DNA of 64,000 bases from an uncultured Melioribacter sp. (GTDB lineage: Bacteria; Bacteroidota; Ignavibacteria; Kapaibacteriales; Kapaibacteriaceae): the NCBI GenBank assembly GCA_964432155.1, contig CAYSMF010000012.1:2758-66757 (forward strand). The letters run 5' to 3'. Of this stretch, positions 30,137 through 38,622 are shown in pieces; the first letter of the stretch is position 1; every line of letters begins with the position of its first letter. The notes beneath the pieces were generated by a model. It did no database searches, had not been told where the DNA came from, and saw only the letters and a list, made by a program, of their open reading frames with translations. A program made the position numbers and the translations under genes.

Positions 30137-31606
30137 TTACTGTTTGAGAATTGACGCATCCTTGAGCATGTCGCCGAGCGTCACGGCAGGGGAGGACGGG
30201 ATATTGACCGATGGGCCGCGATCACCACGGTCACCACGATCGCCACGCTCAGAGCGCTCTGGTCGTGAATCGTCCTGCTGCTGACCACCAATGCTGCCGT
30301 CTTCGCCCTTCATGGCCAGGATCAGCGATGCATTCTCAGGTGTGCAGTCGACAATCACACATGTGATCGTATCGCCAGCATTTACCTGGACCTTCTGTCC
30401 GCGACCTGCGTTGAGGATCTTTGAGCGCGGCATGAAACCATCGAATGCGTCCGCAATGCGGACAACCGCCCCTTGCGTGCTCACGTTCTGCACGACGCCT
30501 TGCGTCTCAGAGCCGATTGGCAGCGTTGTAGGAAGCGTCAACCATGGATTCTCGAGAGTCTGCTTGTAGCCGAGGGCAAGCTGGTGCTTCTCTTCATTTG
30601 TTGAGAGCACAACAACGTCGATTTCTTGATTGACATTGATTACTTCTGACGGATGCTTCACGCGGCGCGTCCAGCTGAGCTCGCTGATGCGGAGCAAGCC
30701 TTCGATCTTCGGTGCTACTTGAACGTAGGCACCAAAGTCGGTGATGCGGCGAACTGTACCCTTGAGCTTCATGCCAACGGTAAACTTCTCAGCGGCACCC
30801 TTCCATGGATCTTCTTCATGTTCCTTGTGCGAGAGCGACAGCTTGCGCTTTTCGCGATCGATTTCCGACACTGTAACCTTGAGCTTATCGCCCTTCTTTA
30901 CAACGTCAGCTGGATTCTCGACGCGTGAGCGTGACAGACGAGACACGTGGACAAGACCTTCGACACCACCAATATTGACGAATGCACCAAATGGTGTTAC
31001 CGACGAAACAACGCCGTCGTAGACGCCGCCTTGTTGAATGCCATTCCAGAACTCGTCAAGCAGGATCTCGCGACGTGTGACCACGGCTGACTTGTATCCT
31101 GTGTCATCTGATTGGAGTTCGTGAACCTTCACACGGATTGTCTGACCAAGCAGGCCGTTGAGATCTTCTTCCGTGACATTCTTGCGAACACCAAAGTGCG
31201 ATGCTGGCAAGAAGATGCGCAGTCCGTTGAACTCGCCACGCAGACCACCCTTGACGCGCTCGGCGATCGTCACATCGAATGCCGTGCCCGCTGTCTTGAA
31301 TCCCTCGAGCGTTGCATAGGCTTCATCGCGTTGCTTCCGCTCTTCCTCCTTACGCTTTCGCTCTTCTTCGCGCTTCGCTGCTTGCTCGGCCTTTTCGGCC
31401 TCGCTCAGTTGCGGTGCAGCCTCGGCAGCAGGGGCTGGAGCAGCCTCGATAGCAGCTGCAGGTGCAGCTTCTGTCGGGGCAGGGCTTGCCGCCTCTGCGT
31501 GAGGTTCCGAAGGTGGTTGTGGTGCAGAAACCTCAGGGGTGTGAGGTACTTCTGGCATCTCTGCGGAGTCGTTGGTCTGTTCGGACATAACCTGATCGAA
31601 GAACAA
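30137..31606 (-). CDS. S1 RNA-binding domain protein (ribosomal protein S1-like, 4 S1 repeats)
   Basis: Four S1/OB-fold repeats (..GLLHVSELS.., ..GLVHVSRLS.., ..GLLRISELSW..). The N-terminal roughly 100 aa are Ala/Pro/Glu-rich and Lys/Glu/Arg-rich low complexity. A C-terminal RGDRGDRGDRG repeat is present. Confidence 0.75.
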   Translation of the reverse strand: MFFDQVMSEQTNDSAEMPEVPHTPEVSAPQPPSEPHAEAASPAPTEAAPAAAIEAAPAPAAEAAPQLSEAEKAEQAAKREEERKRKEEERKQRDEAYATLEGFKTAGTAFDVTIAERVKGGLRGEFNGLRIFLPASHFGVRKNVTEEDLNGLLGQTIRVKVHELQSDDTGYKSAVVTRREILLDEFWNGIQQGGVYDGVVSSVTPFGAFVNIGGVEGLVHVSRLSRSRVENPADVVKKGDKLKVTVSEIDREKRKLSLSHKEHEEDPWKGAAEKFTVGMKLKGTVRRITDFGAYVQVAPKIEGLLRISELSWTRRVKHPSEVINVNQEIDVVVLSTNEEKHQLALGYKQTLENPWLTLPTTLPIGSETQGVVQNVSTQGAVVRIADAFDGFMPRSKILNAGRGQKVQVNAGDTITCVIVDCTPENASLILAMKGEDGSIGGQQQDDSRPERSERGDRGDRGDRGPSVNIPSSPAVTLGDMLKDASILKQ

Positions 31607-31742
31607 ATGGAGGAAGTGAAAAGCTCACCTTGCGGGTGATCGTGTCCCTACCAGATGGCAGGGCTACGAAGATACAGGAAAACCCTCCACTCAGCACCCG
31701 AGGGGATTTCGGTAGGCGTTTGGGATTCCGGGATCCCTGCCG

Positions 31743-31750
31743 TATGTTTG
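31743..31750 (+). promoter_or_regulatory. candidate rpsF promoter -7 element TATGTTTG (with upstream TTTG at 31718)
   Basis: A TAnnTTTG match with a TTTG 25 nt upstream. The rpsF ATG at 31826 is preceded by a Shine-Dalgarno-like AGGAGG. Confidence 0.35.
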
Positions 31751-31825
31751 TCGGCTACAATCCAAGTAACCCTGCCGTTGGTCTGGACGCCGACGGCTGC
31801 GCAAGGCAACCATAGGAGGTCCACC

Positions 31826-32215
31826 ATGAGTGTTCGTCGCCTGTACGAAACCACATACATCATCAATGCGGCCCTTGAGGACGCAGAGATCGACGCCGTC
31901 GCTGCGCGCGTCAATGCATTCCTCGAAGAAAACGGCTCGACGCTGGTTGAAGTAAACAAGATGGGCCGTCGCCGTCTTGCCTACCCAATCAAGAAGAAGT
32001 ACAACGGCTTCTACGTCTACACGGCGTTCGAGGCACCATCGGCGACACTTCCGATGCTCGAGAAGTTCTTCTTCCTCGAAGAAGCGGTGATCCGTCACCT
32101 CTCTCTGCAGCTTGATCCAAAGCTTCGCGAGTTCCGCAAGGTTCGCGCAGAAGCACAAGCTCTGCGTGCCGCACAAATGGCTGAAGCAGCCAAGAATGGC
32201 TCGCCAACACTTTAA
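31826..32215 (+). CDS. rpsF: 30S ribosomal protein S6
   Basis: MSVRRLYETTYIINAAL..VNKMGRRRLAYPI is the S6 fold. A C-terminal Ala-rich extension of about 30 aa follows. Confidence 0.9.
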   Translation: MSVRRLYETTYIINAALEDAEIDAVAARVNAFLEENGSTLVEVNKMGRRRLAYPIKKKYNGFYVYTAFEAPSATLPMLEKFFFLEEAVIRHLSLQLDPKLREFRKVRAEAQALRAAQMAEAAKNGSPTL

Positions 32216-32239
32216 TCACCCTCGAATCCAGGTACGACC

Positions 32240-32686
32240 ATGAAAATCATTCTTCGTCAAGACGTAGAAAACCTGGGCGCCATCGGTGAGATCGTCACGG
32301 TGAAGCCAGGTTATGCCCGCAACTTTTTGATCCCGAACCAACTCGCGTACGTAGCATCGGCCGGTGCGATGCGTGCTCTCGAATCAGAGAAGAAGCAGTA
32401 CGAACAGAAGATGGCAAAGGCTCGCCAGCACGCCGAAGTGGTTGCTGGTCAGCTTGCTGAACTTCAAATCACCATCTCAATGCAGGTTGGTGAAGAAGGC
32501 CGCATCTTCGGATCGGTTACTGCTCCGATGATCGCGCAAGAGCTCGAGCTTCGCGGGTTCCATGTGGATCGCCGCAACATCATGATTGACGAGCAGATCA
32601 AGACGCTCGGCATCTTTGAAGTCAAGGTGAAGCTCCACAGCGACGTGATCGCTCCACTCAAGGTGTGGGTGATCGGTCAGGAGTAA
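32240..32686 (+). CDS. rplI: 50S ribosomal protein L9
   Basis: MKIILRQDVENLGAIGEIVTVKPGYARNFLIP is the canonical L9 N-terminal domain. Confidence 0.9.
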   Translation: MKIILRQDVENLGAIGEIVTVKPGYARNFLIPNQLAYVASAGAMRALESEKKQYEQKMAKARQHAEVVAGQLAELQITISMQVGEEGRIFGSVTAPMIAQELELRGFHVDRRNIMIDEQIKTLGIFEVKVKLHSDVIAPLKVWVIGQE

Positions 32687-32714
32687 TTCGACTGTCAATC
32701 GACATTTCAACAAA

Positions 32715-32750
32715 GCCCGTACGAACCTTCGTGCGGGCTTTTGTGTTTCT
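32715..32750 (+). terminator. rho-independent terminator after rplI
   Basis: Hairpin gcccgtacg-aacctt-cgtgcgggc (one G-U pair) followed by ttttgtgtttct. Confidence 0.7.
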
Positions 32751-32756
32751 ACCCGC

Positions 32757-33635
32757 ATGAAACGATACATCATTACCGGTGGAACCGGTTTCCTCGGACG
32801 TGCCATCACCGCAGCGCTCACGAAGCGTGGCGATGAGGTGGTGTGCATCACGCGCGGACGCAGCAACGGTGCAAACCTCCGCACGTGGGACGAACTGCCT
32901 TCGCTGGTACACGGCGCTCAGGCGGTGATCAACCTCGCTGGCTCGAGTGTTGGTGGACCTCGTTGGTCGGCTCGCGTTCGGCACGAGATTCTCACGAGTC
33001 GAACCGAATCGACGCGGAAGGTGGTCGATGCCATTCGTCAAACAGATGCTCCACCTGCATTGATCAGCGCCTCTGCCGTTGGGATTTACGGGAACACGAT
33101 GATCCCGAGCAACGAAGCGCTCCCGGCCGGACAGACCTTCCTTGCTGAAGTCACGGCTGCATGGGAACGTGAAGCCGAACGCGCTCGTCCGTACACGCGC
33201 GTGTGCACGATGCGAATTGGGGTGGTGTTGGACCCTCGGGAGGGGGCTCTCCCAAAAATGGCATTGCCCATGAAGCTCGGCCTGGGTGGTCCGCTCGGAT
33301 CGGGTCGACAACACCTGCCGTGGGTGCACCGCGACGATGTTGTCGCAGCATTTCTCTGGGCAGCAGACGACGCCTCGGCGTTCGGTCCATACAATGTGGT
33401 TGCACCAGAAACCGTGACAATGCGTCAGTTTGCCGCGACGCTCGGGAAGGTTCTGCATCGACCATCATGGTTGCCAGTTCCAAGTCCGGCACTGCGCCTG
33501 CTTCTGGGCAAGCAAGCAGATGTCGTATTGCACGGACAGTATGTGATTCCAAGCCGTTTGCTCGGCACGCCGTTCCGCTTCACGCATCCGTCACTAGACG
33601 AAGCATTACGTGATCTGCTCGGCAAAGCCCCTTGA
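32757..33635 (+). CDS. TIGR01777/YfcH-like epimerase family protein (SDR39U1, NAD-binding Rossmann fold plus DUF1731)
   Basis: N-terminal ITGGTGFLGRAIT Rossmann motif; length and C-terminal region are typical of YfcH. Confidence 0.75.
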   Translation: MKRYIITGGTGFLGRAITAALTKRGDEVVCITRGRSNGANLRTWDELPSLVHGAQAVINLAGSSVGGPRWSARVRHEILTSRTESTRKVVDAIRQTDAPPALISASAVGIYGNTMIPSNEALPAGQTFLAEVTAAWEREAERARPYTRVCTMRIGVVLDPREGALPKMALPMKLGLGGPLGSGRQHLPWVHRDDVVAAFLWAADDASAFGPYNVVAPETVTMRQFAATLGKVLHRPSWLPVPSPALRLLLGKQADVVLHGQYVIPSRLLGTPFRFTHPSLDEALRDLLGKAP

Positions 33636-33696
33636 ACTTTTTTGGTTAACTTGCACGCCTTCAATACCGAAATAATATCCAGCCAGGAAGAGTTGC

Positions 33697-35403
33697 ATGA
33701 GCATCGAAGTTGTCATGCCCAAGATGGGCGAGTCGATCCAAGAAGGTAAAATCCTTCGTTGGGTAAAGAACGTTGGCGACAAGGTTGAGCGTGACGAGGT
33801 TATCCTCGAAATCTCAACCGATAAGGTGGACACAGAAGTGCCATCGCCATCAGCGGGCGTGATCACACAGATCATGTTCCAAGAAGGCGACACAGTCGAA
33901 GTTGGCAAGGTTATCTGCGTGCTTAGCGGCGATGGCGCAGCAGCAGCGGCTCCAGCACCAGCTCCTGCAGCGGCGGCACCAGCACCAGCTCCAGTCCCTG
34001 TGGCTCCTGCTCCTGCACCAACTCCAACTCCAGCTCCTGCGGCAGCTGCTCCAGCAGCGGGCGGTGGTGAGATCGACGTTGTGATGCCGAAGATGGGCGA
34101 GTCGATCCAAGAGGGCAAGGTCCTTCGTTGGGTGAAGAAGGTTGGCGACAAGATCGAGCGCGACGAAGTGCTGCTCGAGATTTCGACAGATAAGGTTGAT
34201 ACAGAAGTTCCATCTCCAGCAGCGGGTACGCTCGTTGCTATCCTCGCAAATGAGGGAGATGTTGTTGAAGTTGGCAAGGTCGTTGCACGCCTGTCATCGG
34301 GCGCAGCAGCACCAGCTGCCGCTCCGGCACCAGCACCGGCTCCGGTTGCAGCAGCTCCTGCACCTGTTGCAGCAGCTCCTGCTGCAGCTCCGGTAGCAGC
34401 GGTTAACGTTGCGCACGCTGCAACGTCAAGCGTTCCACGTCAGTCGGGCTCGCGTTTCTACTCGCCCCTTGTCCGTAGCATCGCAGCAGCTGAGAACATC
34501 TCGGTTGCAGAACTCGATAGCATTCCGGGCACAGGCATCGAAGGTCGCGTGACGAAGAACGACGTCATGGGCTATCTCGCACGTCGCGGTACGGGAGCAC
34601 CAGCTCCGGTTGCACCTGCACCTGCGCCAATGGCAGCAGCACCTGCTGCACCAGTTGCAGCAGCGCCTGCTCCAACGGTACTCACGGGCGGTCAATCAGA
34701 AGTTATCCCGATGGATCGTATGCGTCAGCTTATCGCTGAGCACATGGTTCGCTCGAAGCACACATCGCCACACGTCACAAGCGTCGCTGAAGTGGACGTG
34801 ACGGGTATCGTGAAGCTTCGTGAAAAGGTGAAGGATGCGTTCCAGAAGCGCGAAGGCATGAAGCTGACGTACAACCCATTCTTCGGATGGGCTGTGTGCG
34901 AAGGTGTGAAGGCGTTTCCACGTATCAACGTGAGCGTTGATGGAACGAATATCATCCAGCACAAGCGCGTGAACCTCGGTATGGCAACGGCGTTGCCAGA
35001 TGGCAACCTCATTGTGCCAGTGATCAAGGGCGCGGAATCACTCAACATCACTGGTGTTGGACGTGCGATGCAGGATCTTGCCGATCGTGCACGCTCGAAG
35101 AAGCTGTCGCCAGATGATATCGCTGGTGGAACAATCACGGTAACGAACGTTGGTTCGTTCGGCTCACTCTTCGGTACGCCGGTCATCAACCAACCACAGA
35201 CATGTATCGTTGGTATTGGCGCAATCCAAAAGCGTCCGGTTGTTCGCGAACTCGATGGTGAGGATGTGATCGTAGTACGCAGCATGGTGTACTTGTCGAT
35301 CACGTACGATCACCGCGTTATCGACGGTGCACTTGCAACGCAAGCGCTCGCCGCAATGTGCCGCGCACTTGAGTCGGTAAACGAGAACACAGTAACGCTG
35401 TAA
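33697..35403 (+). CDS. 2-oxoacid dehydrogenase complex E2 (dihydrolipoyllysine-residue acyltransferase) with two lipoyl domains
   Basis: Two near-identical lipoyl domains, each with EISTDKVDTEVPSP (lipoyl-lysine), joined by Ala/Pro-rich linkers. A peripheral subunit-binding domain and a catalytic domain (DHRVIDGA) follow. Confidence 0.9.
   Translation: MSIEVVMPKMGESIQEGKILRWVKNVGDKVERDEVILEISTDKVDTEVPSPSAGVITQIMFQEGDTVEVGKVICVLSGDGAAAAAPAPAPAAAAPAPAPVPVAPAPAPTPTPAPAAAAPAAGGGEIDVVMPKMGESIQEGKVLRWVKKVGDKIERDEVLLEISTDKVDTEVPSPAAGTLVAILANEGDVVEVGKVVARLSSGAAAPAAAPAPAPAPVAAAPAPVAAAPAAAPVAAVNVAHAATSSVPRQSGSRFYSPLVRSIAAAENISVAELDSIPGTGIEGRVTKNDVMGYLARRGTGAPAPVAPAPAPMAAAPAAPVAAAPAPTVLTGGQSEVIPMDRMRQLIAEHMVRSKHTSPHVTSVAEVDVTGIVKLREKVKDAFQKREGMKLTYNPFFGWAVCEGVKAFPRINVSVDGTNIIQHKRVNLGMATALPDGNLIVPVIKGAESLNITGVGRAMQDLADRARSKKLSPDDIAGGTITVTNVGSFGSLFGTPVINQPQTCIVGIGAIQKRPVVRELDGEDVIVVRSMVYLSITYDHRVIDGALATQALAAMCRALESVNENTVTL
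33703..34297 (+). repeat. intragenic tandem duplication (two lipoyl-domain units, about 33703-33925 and 34075-34297) separated by Ala/Pro-codon low-complexity linker
   Basis: The two units encode VVMPKMGESIQEGK[IV]LRWVK.VGDK[VI]ERDEV[IL]LEISTDKVDTEVPSP at high identity. The GC-rich gcn/ccn linker codons generate spurious antisense ORFs. Confidence 0.8.
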
Positions 35404-35432
35404 GAGCGTCAAACAAGCATGAATGATGATAG

Positions 35433-35467
35433 GGGCTCACGGTTCAACCGTGAGCCCTTTCTTGTTT
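35433..35467 (+). terminator. rho-independent terminator between convergent E2 gene and dtd
   Basis: Perfect hairpin gggctcacgg-ttcaa-ccgtgagccc followed by tttcttgttt. Confidence 0.75.
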
Positions 35468-35488
35468 GCATACGCTGCAACTTGGTGG

Positions 35489-35944
35489 CTATCGCTCCAG
35501 AATAATCGTGACGGGTCCGTCGTTCACGAGGTGGACCTGCATCATCGCACCGAAGACGCCCGTAGCCACGTCGATCGGTGGCTGGCAGCTGGCGGCACGT
35601 GCGCGCACCATGTCGACGAAGGATTGGAAGAGCGGCTCTGCGTGCTCGGGGCGTGCAGCATCGATGTACGATGGACGTGTGCCTTTGGCAAGATCACCGT
35701 AGAGTGTGAACTGCGAAACCAGAAGGATTCCACCACCTGTGTCGCGCACGGAGCGATTCATCTTGCCTTCGTCATCGGCAAAGACGCGAAGTGCGAGAAG
35801 CTTCTCAGCCATCCATTCGCACTGTGCATGCGTGTCGGTGTGTGTGATGCCAACGAGCGCACAAAGGCCGTAGGCAATAGATCCAACGGTTCGACCGTCG
35901 ATGTCGACGCGAGCTTGTGAGACACGTTGTATGACGAGTTTCAT
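35489..35944 (-). CDS. dtd: D-aminoacyl-tRNA deacylase
   Basis: MKLVIQRVSQARVDIDG..V..I..GL..LVG..H.D and a C-terminal SQFTLYGD..KG.RPS motif. Confidence 0.85.
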   Translation of the reverse strand: MKLVIQRVSQARVDIDGRTVGSIAYGLCALVGITHTDTHAQCEWMAEKLLALRVFADDEGKMNRSVRDTGGGILLVSQFTLYGDLAKGTRPSYIDAARPEHAEPLFQSFVDMVRARAASCQPPIDVATGVFGAMMQVHLVNDGPVTIILER

Positions 35945-36000
35945 GACTGTCCTTTCCGGCTGACAATATGTAGTTTCGCAGACGATTCATCACTATTCGC

Positions 36001-36510
36001 ATGACGATCATGAACATCCTCCTTGTCGGACTCCTCACAGCATCACTTGCGACAACATCACTTGTGTACGCAGGATCATCGCAGACATCAACTCCATCGC
36101 AGTCAGCTGATACACGTACGGAGAAGATGACATCGTATGGTGCTGGTGTGAAGGCGAAGGCGCGCATGCCCCTTGCGCAAGCCGTAGCGGAAAAGAAGTT
36201 CAACACAAGCATTGCGCTCACGGCAACAGTCGCCGAAGTATGTCAAGTGAAGGGCTGTTGGATGATCCTTGTTGATGGCGATACCAAGGTGCGCGTGACG
36301 TTCAAGGACTACGGGTTCTTTATGCCGAAGAATCTTGCAGGCGCGAAGGTCGTTGTTGAAGGAGTGCTCTCGGAAGAAGTTCTGAGTGAAAAGGACGCCC
36401 GCCACTATGCGGAAGACGCAGGGAAGTCGAAAGCTGAGATCGCCAAGATCAAGGGTGATCAGCGTGAACTGGGCTTTGAAGCCACGGGCGTACTTGCGCC
36501 GAAGAAATGA
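36001..36510 (+). CDS. DUF4920 domain-containing secreted protein
   Basis: Signal peptide. The core CQVKGCWMILVDGDTKVRVTFKDYGFFMP matches what I recall of the DUF4920 family. Confidence 0.5.
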   Translation: MTIMNILLVGLLTASLATTSLVYAGSSQTSTPSQSADTRTEKMTSYGAGVKAKARMPLAQAVAEKKFNTSIALTATVAEVCQVKGCWMILVDGDTKVRVTFKDYGFFMPKNLAGAKVVVEGVLSEEVLSEKDARHYAEDAGKSKAEIAKIKGDQRELGFEATGVLAPKK

Positions 36511-37046
36511 TCGTTACGCTACCATCGTGGGTAGCGGACGTCACACCGCCGACCTCGCGTGCGGATGATGATGTGATGCGGTATGTGATTGACCTCGCAC
36601 GGGGAAATGTCGAACACGGCACTGGTGGCCCCTTCGCGTGTGCGATCGTGAGTGAGAATGGCGACATCCTTGGCGTCGGCGTGAATCTTGTCGAACACGC
36701 CAAGTGTTGTGTGTTTCACGCAGAGATTGTTGCGATCATCAACGCAAGCGAGCACCGCGACGATTGGAATCTCAGCAACACTTGTCCGGCAACATTGTAC
36801 ACGTCTGCAGAGCCCTGCGCTATGTGCATGGGGGCGATTCCTTGGTCAGGCGTGAGCCGCATCGTTGTTGCAGCTCGTGATGAGGATGTGCGAGCTATTG
36901 GATTTGATGAGGGAGTGAAACCTACCGACTGGATCGGCGTATACCAGCGCCGCGGAATCAGTGTGCGACGCGATGTCCTTCGTGAAGAGTCGATCGCAGT
37001 GCTTCGCGCCTACGCTGAACGGGGCGGTTTGTTATATAACGGATGA
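36507..37046 (+). CDS. nucleoside deaminase (CMP/dCMP-type zinc-binding cytidine/adenosine deaminase family)
   Basis: HAEIVAI..(x)..PCAMCMGAI zinc-binding motifs. 4-nt overlap with the upstream gene. Confidence 0.7.
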   Translation: MIVTLPSWVADVTPPTSRADDDVMRYVIDLARGNVEHGTGGPFACAIVSENGDILGVGVNLVEHAKCCVFHAEIVAIINASEHRDDWNLSNTCPATLYTSAEPCAMCMGAIPWSGVSRIVVAARDEDVRAIGFDEGVKPTDWIGVYQRRGISVRRDVLREESIAVLRAYAERGGLLYNG

Positions 37047-37058
37047 GAGGACACAGCA

Positions 37059-37736
37059 ATGAAGTTTACCATCGAACATGCACCAGTGTACGCGTCGCTT
37101 CGCGTCGATATGGAACAGGGCGAGGCATTCCGTGCCGAGCCAGGCGCGATGTTGTCGATGTCGCCAAGTATTGAGCTCGAGACAACGACGGCTGGTAAGG
37201 GGCTCTTCGGCACGCTGAAGGCAGCTGTTGGTGGCGAGTCGATCTTCGCCTCGATCTTCACAGCACTTCACGGTCCGGGGGAGCTCTACCTCGCCCCCTC
37301 GACACCAGGTGATATCATTCGCATTGATCTCCAGAATCAGACCATTCTCGCGTATGGCGGAGCCTATCTGGCGGGGGATACATCGCTCCAGCTCAGCGCA
37401 CGTGGCTCGCTGAAGTCGATGATTGGTGGCTCGGACTTGTTCCTGACAACGATTTCTGGAACGGGACCGGTGTTTCTCAACGGGTTCGGCGCGATCTACA
37501 CCAAGACGCTGGGTCCGGGCGAGCCCTATGTGGTCGACTCTGGGCATGTCGTGGCGTTTACCGATGGGATTCAATACTCCATCAAAAAGGCTGCGCGCGG
37601 ACTCTTCAGCACGCTCGCGAGCGGCGAGGGACTGGTCTGCATGTTCTCCGGTCCGGGCACGATTTGGATGCAGACACGGAACGTCCGGGGCTTTGCCCAG
37701 TCACTGATCCCATTCCTGCCGCAATCTGGGTCATAG
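37059..37736 (+). CDS. AIM24 family protein (TIGR00266/DUF124)
   Basis: MKFTIEHAPVYASLRVDMEQGEAFRAEPGAMLSMSP and repeated beta-strand segments are typical of the AIM24 family. Confidence 0.6.
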   Translation: MKFTIEHAPVYASLRVDMEQGEAFRAEPGAMLSMSPSIELETTTAGKGLFGTLKAAVGGESIFASIFTALHGPGELYLAPSTPGDIIRIDLQNQTILAYGGAYLAGDTSLQLSARGSLKSMIGGSDLFLTTISGTGPVFLNGFGAIYTKTLGPGEPYVVDSGHVVAFTDGIQYSIKKAARGLFSTLASGEGLVCMFSGPGTIWMQTRNVRGFAQSLIPFLPQSGS

Positions 37737-37761
37737 CGCTACACTGCAACCACGCCCGTAG

Positions 37762-37769
37762 TATCTTTG
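37762..37769 (+). promoter_or_regulatory. candidate -7 promoter element TATCTTTG immediately upstream of thyX
   Basis: A TAnnTTTG match ending 5 nt before the thyX ATG, which predicts a leaderless or near-leaderless mRNA. Confidence 0.3.
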
Positions 37770-37773
37770 TCGC

Positions 37774-38622
37774 ATGACAGAACAGGTACAAGCACTGATC
37801 GGGAAAGAATTCCCGTGCCTTGATAAAGGCTTTGTTCGCCTCATCGATGTGATGGGTGATGATGCTGCGATTGTGCAGGCCGCACGCGTATCGTACGGTG
37901 CCGGTACGAAGAAGGTCAACGAAGATGTTGGTCTGATTCGCTATCTCATGCGCCACTTGCACACGACGCCATTTGAGATGGTCGAGTTCAAGTTTCACGT
38001 GAAGCTGCCAATCTTCGTCGCGCGTCAATGGATCCGTCACCGCACTGCGAATGTGAACGAGTATTCAGGTCGGTACTCCGAGATGAAGGACGAGTTCTAC
38101 GTACCTGCCATCGATCAAGTGCGTGCACAGAGTGCGACGAACAAGCAAGGTCGCGCCGACGAAGCATTCGACCCTACAGAGGCTGAACGTATTCGTTCGG
38201 GTATGCTTGAAACTCAATCACGTCTCTACGGTGAGTATCAGCACCTGCTTGAAGCTGATCTCGCACGCGAGATTGCCCGCATCAATCTTCCTGTATCGAA
38301 CTACACAGAATGGTACTGGAAGGTCGATCTGCACAACCTGTTCCATTTCCTGAAGCTGCGTATCGACCCGCATGCGCAGTACGAGATTCGCGTCTACGGC
38401 GAAGCAATGGCACAGATCGTGAAAGCGGCCGTGCCGGTTGCCTACGAGGCATTTGAAGATTACATCCTGCATGCGCGTCGCTTCTCCCGTCGTGAGCGCA
38501 CTGCATTGAAAGCTATGCTTCCATCGCTCACCATCGACCCTGCAACGCTTGAAGCAGCTGGTCTTAAGGGGCGTGAAGCACAGGAGTTTCTCGCAAAGCT
38601 TGAAGAATTGGCATCGTTATGA
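37774..38622 (+). CDS. thyX: FAD-dependent thymidylate synthase
   Basis: ThyX RHRxxSxNExSxRY motif (WIRHRTANVNEYSGRYS). Confidence 0.9.
   Translation: MTEQVQALIGKEFPCLDKGFVRLIDVMGDDAAIVQAARVSYGAGTKKVNEDVGLIRYLMRHLHTTPFEMVEFKFHVKLPIFVARQWIRHRTANVNEYSGRYSEMKDEFYVPAIDQVRAQSATNKQGRADEAFDPTEAERIRSGMLETQSRLYGEYQHLLEADLAREIARINLPVSNYTEWYWKVDLHNLFHFLKLRIDPHAQYEIRVYGEAMAQIVKAAVPVAYEAFEDYILHARRFSRRERTALKAMLPSLTIDPATLEAAGLKGREAQEFLAKLEELASL

Noticed and set aside
33606-34426. Several antisense and alternative-frame ORFs (for example 33606-34277 minus, 33850-34110 minus, 33902-34084 plus, 34142-34396 plus) encoding Ala/Gly/Gln/Leu/Arg-rich proteins
   Set aside because: They lie entirely within the E2 gene's Ala/Pro-rich linker and duplicated lipoyl-domain DNA. 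They are low-complexity translations of gcn/ccn/cag repeats with no independent coding signal.
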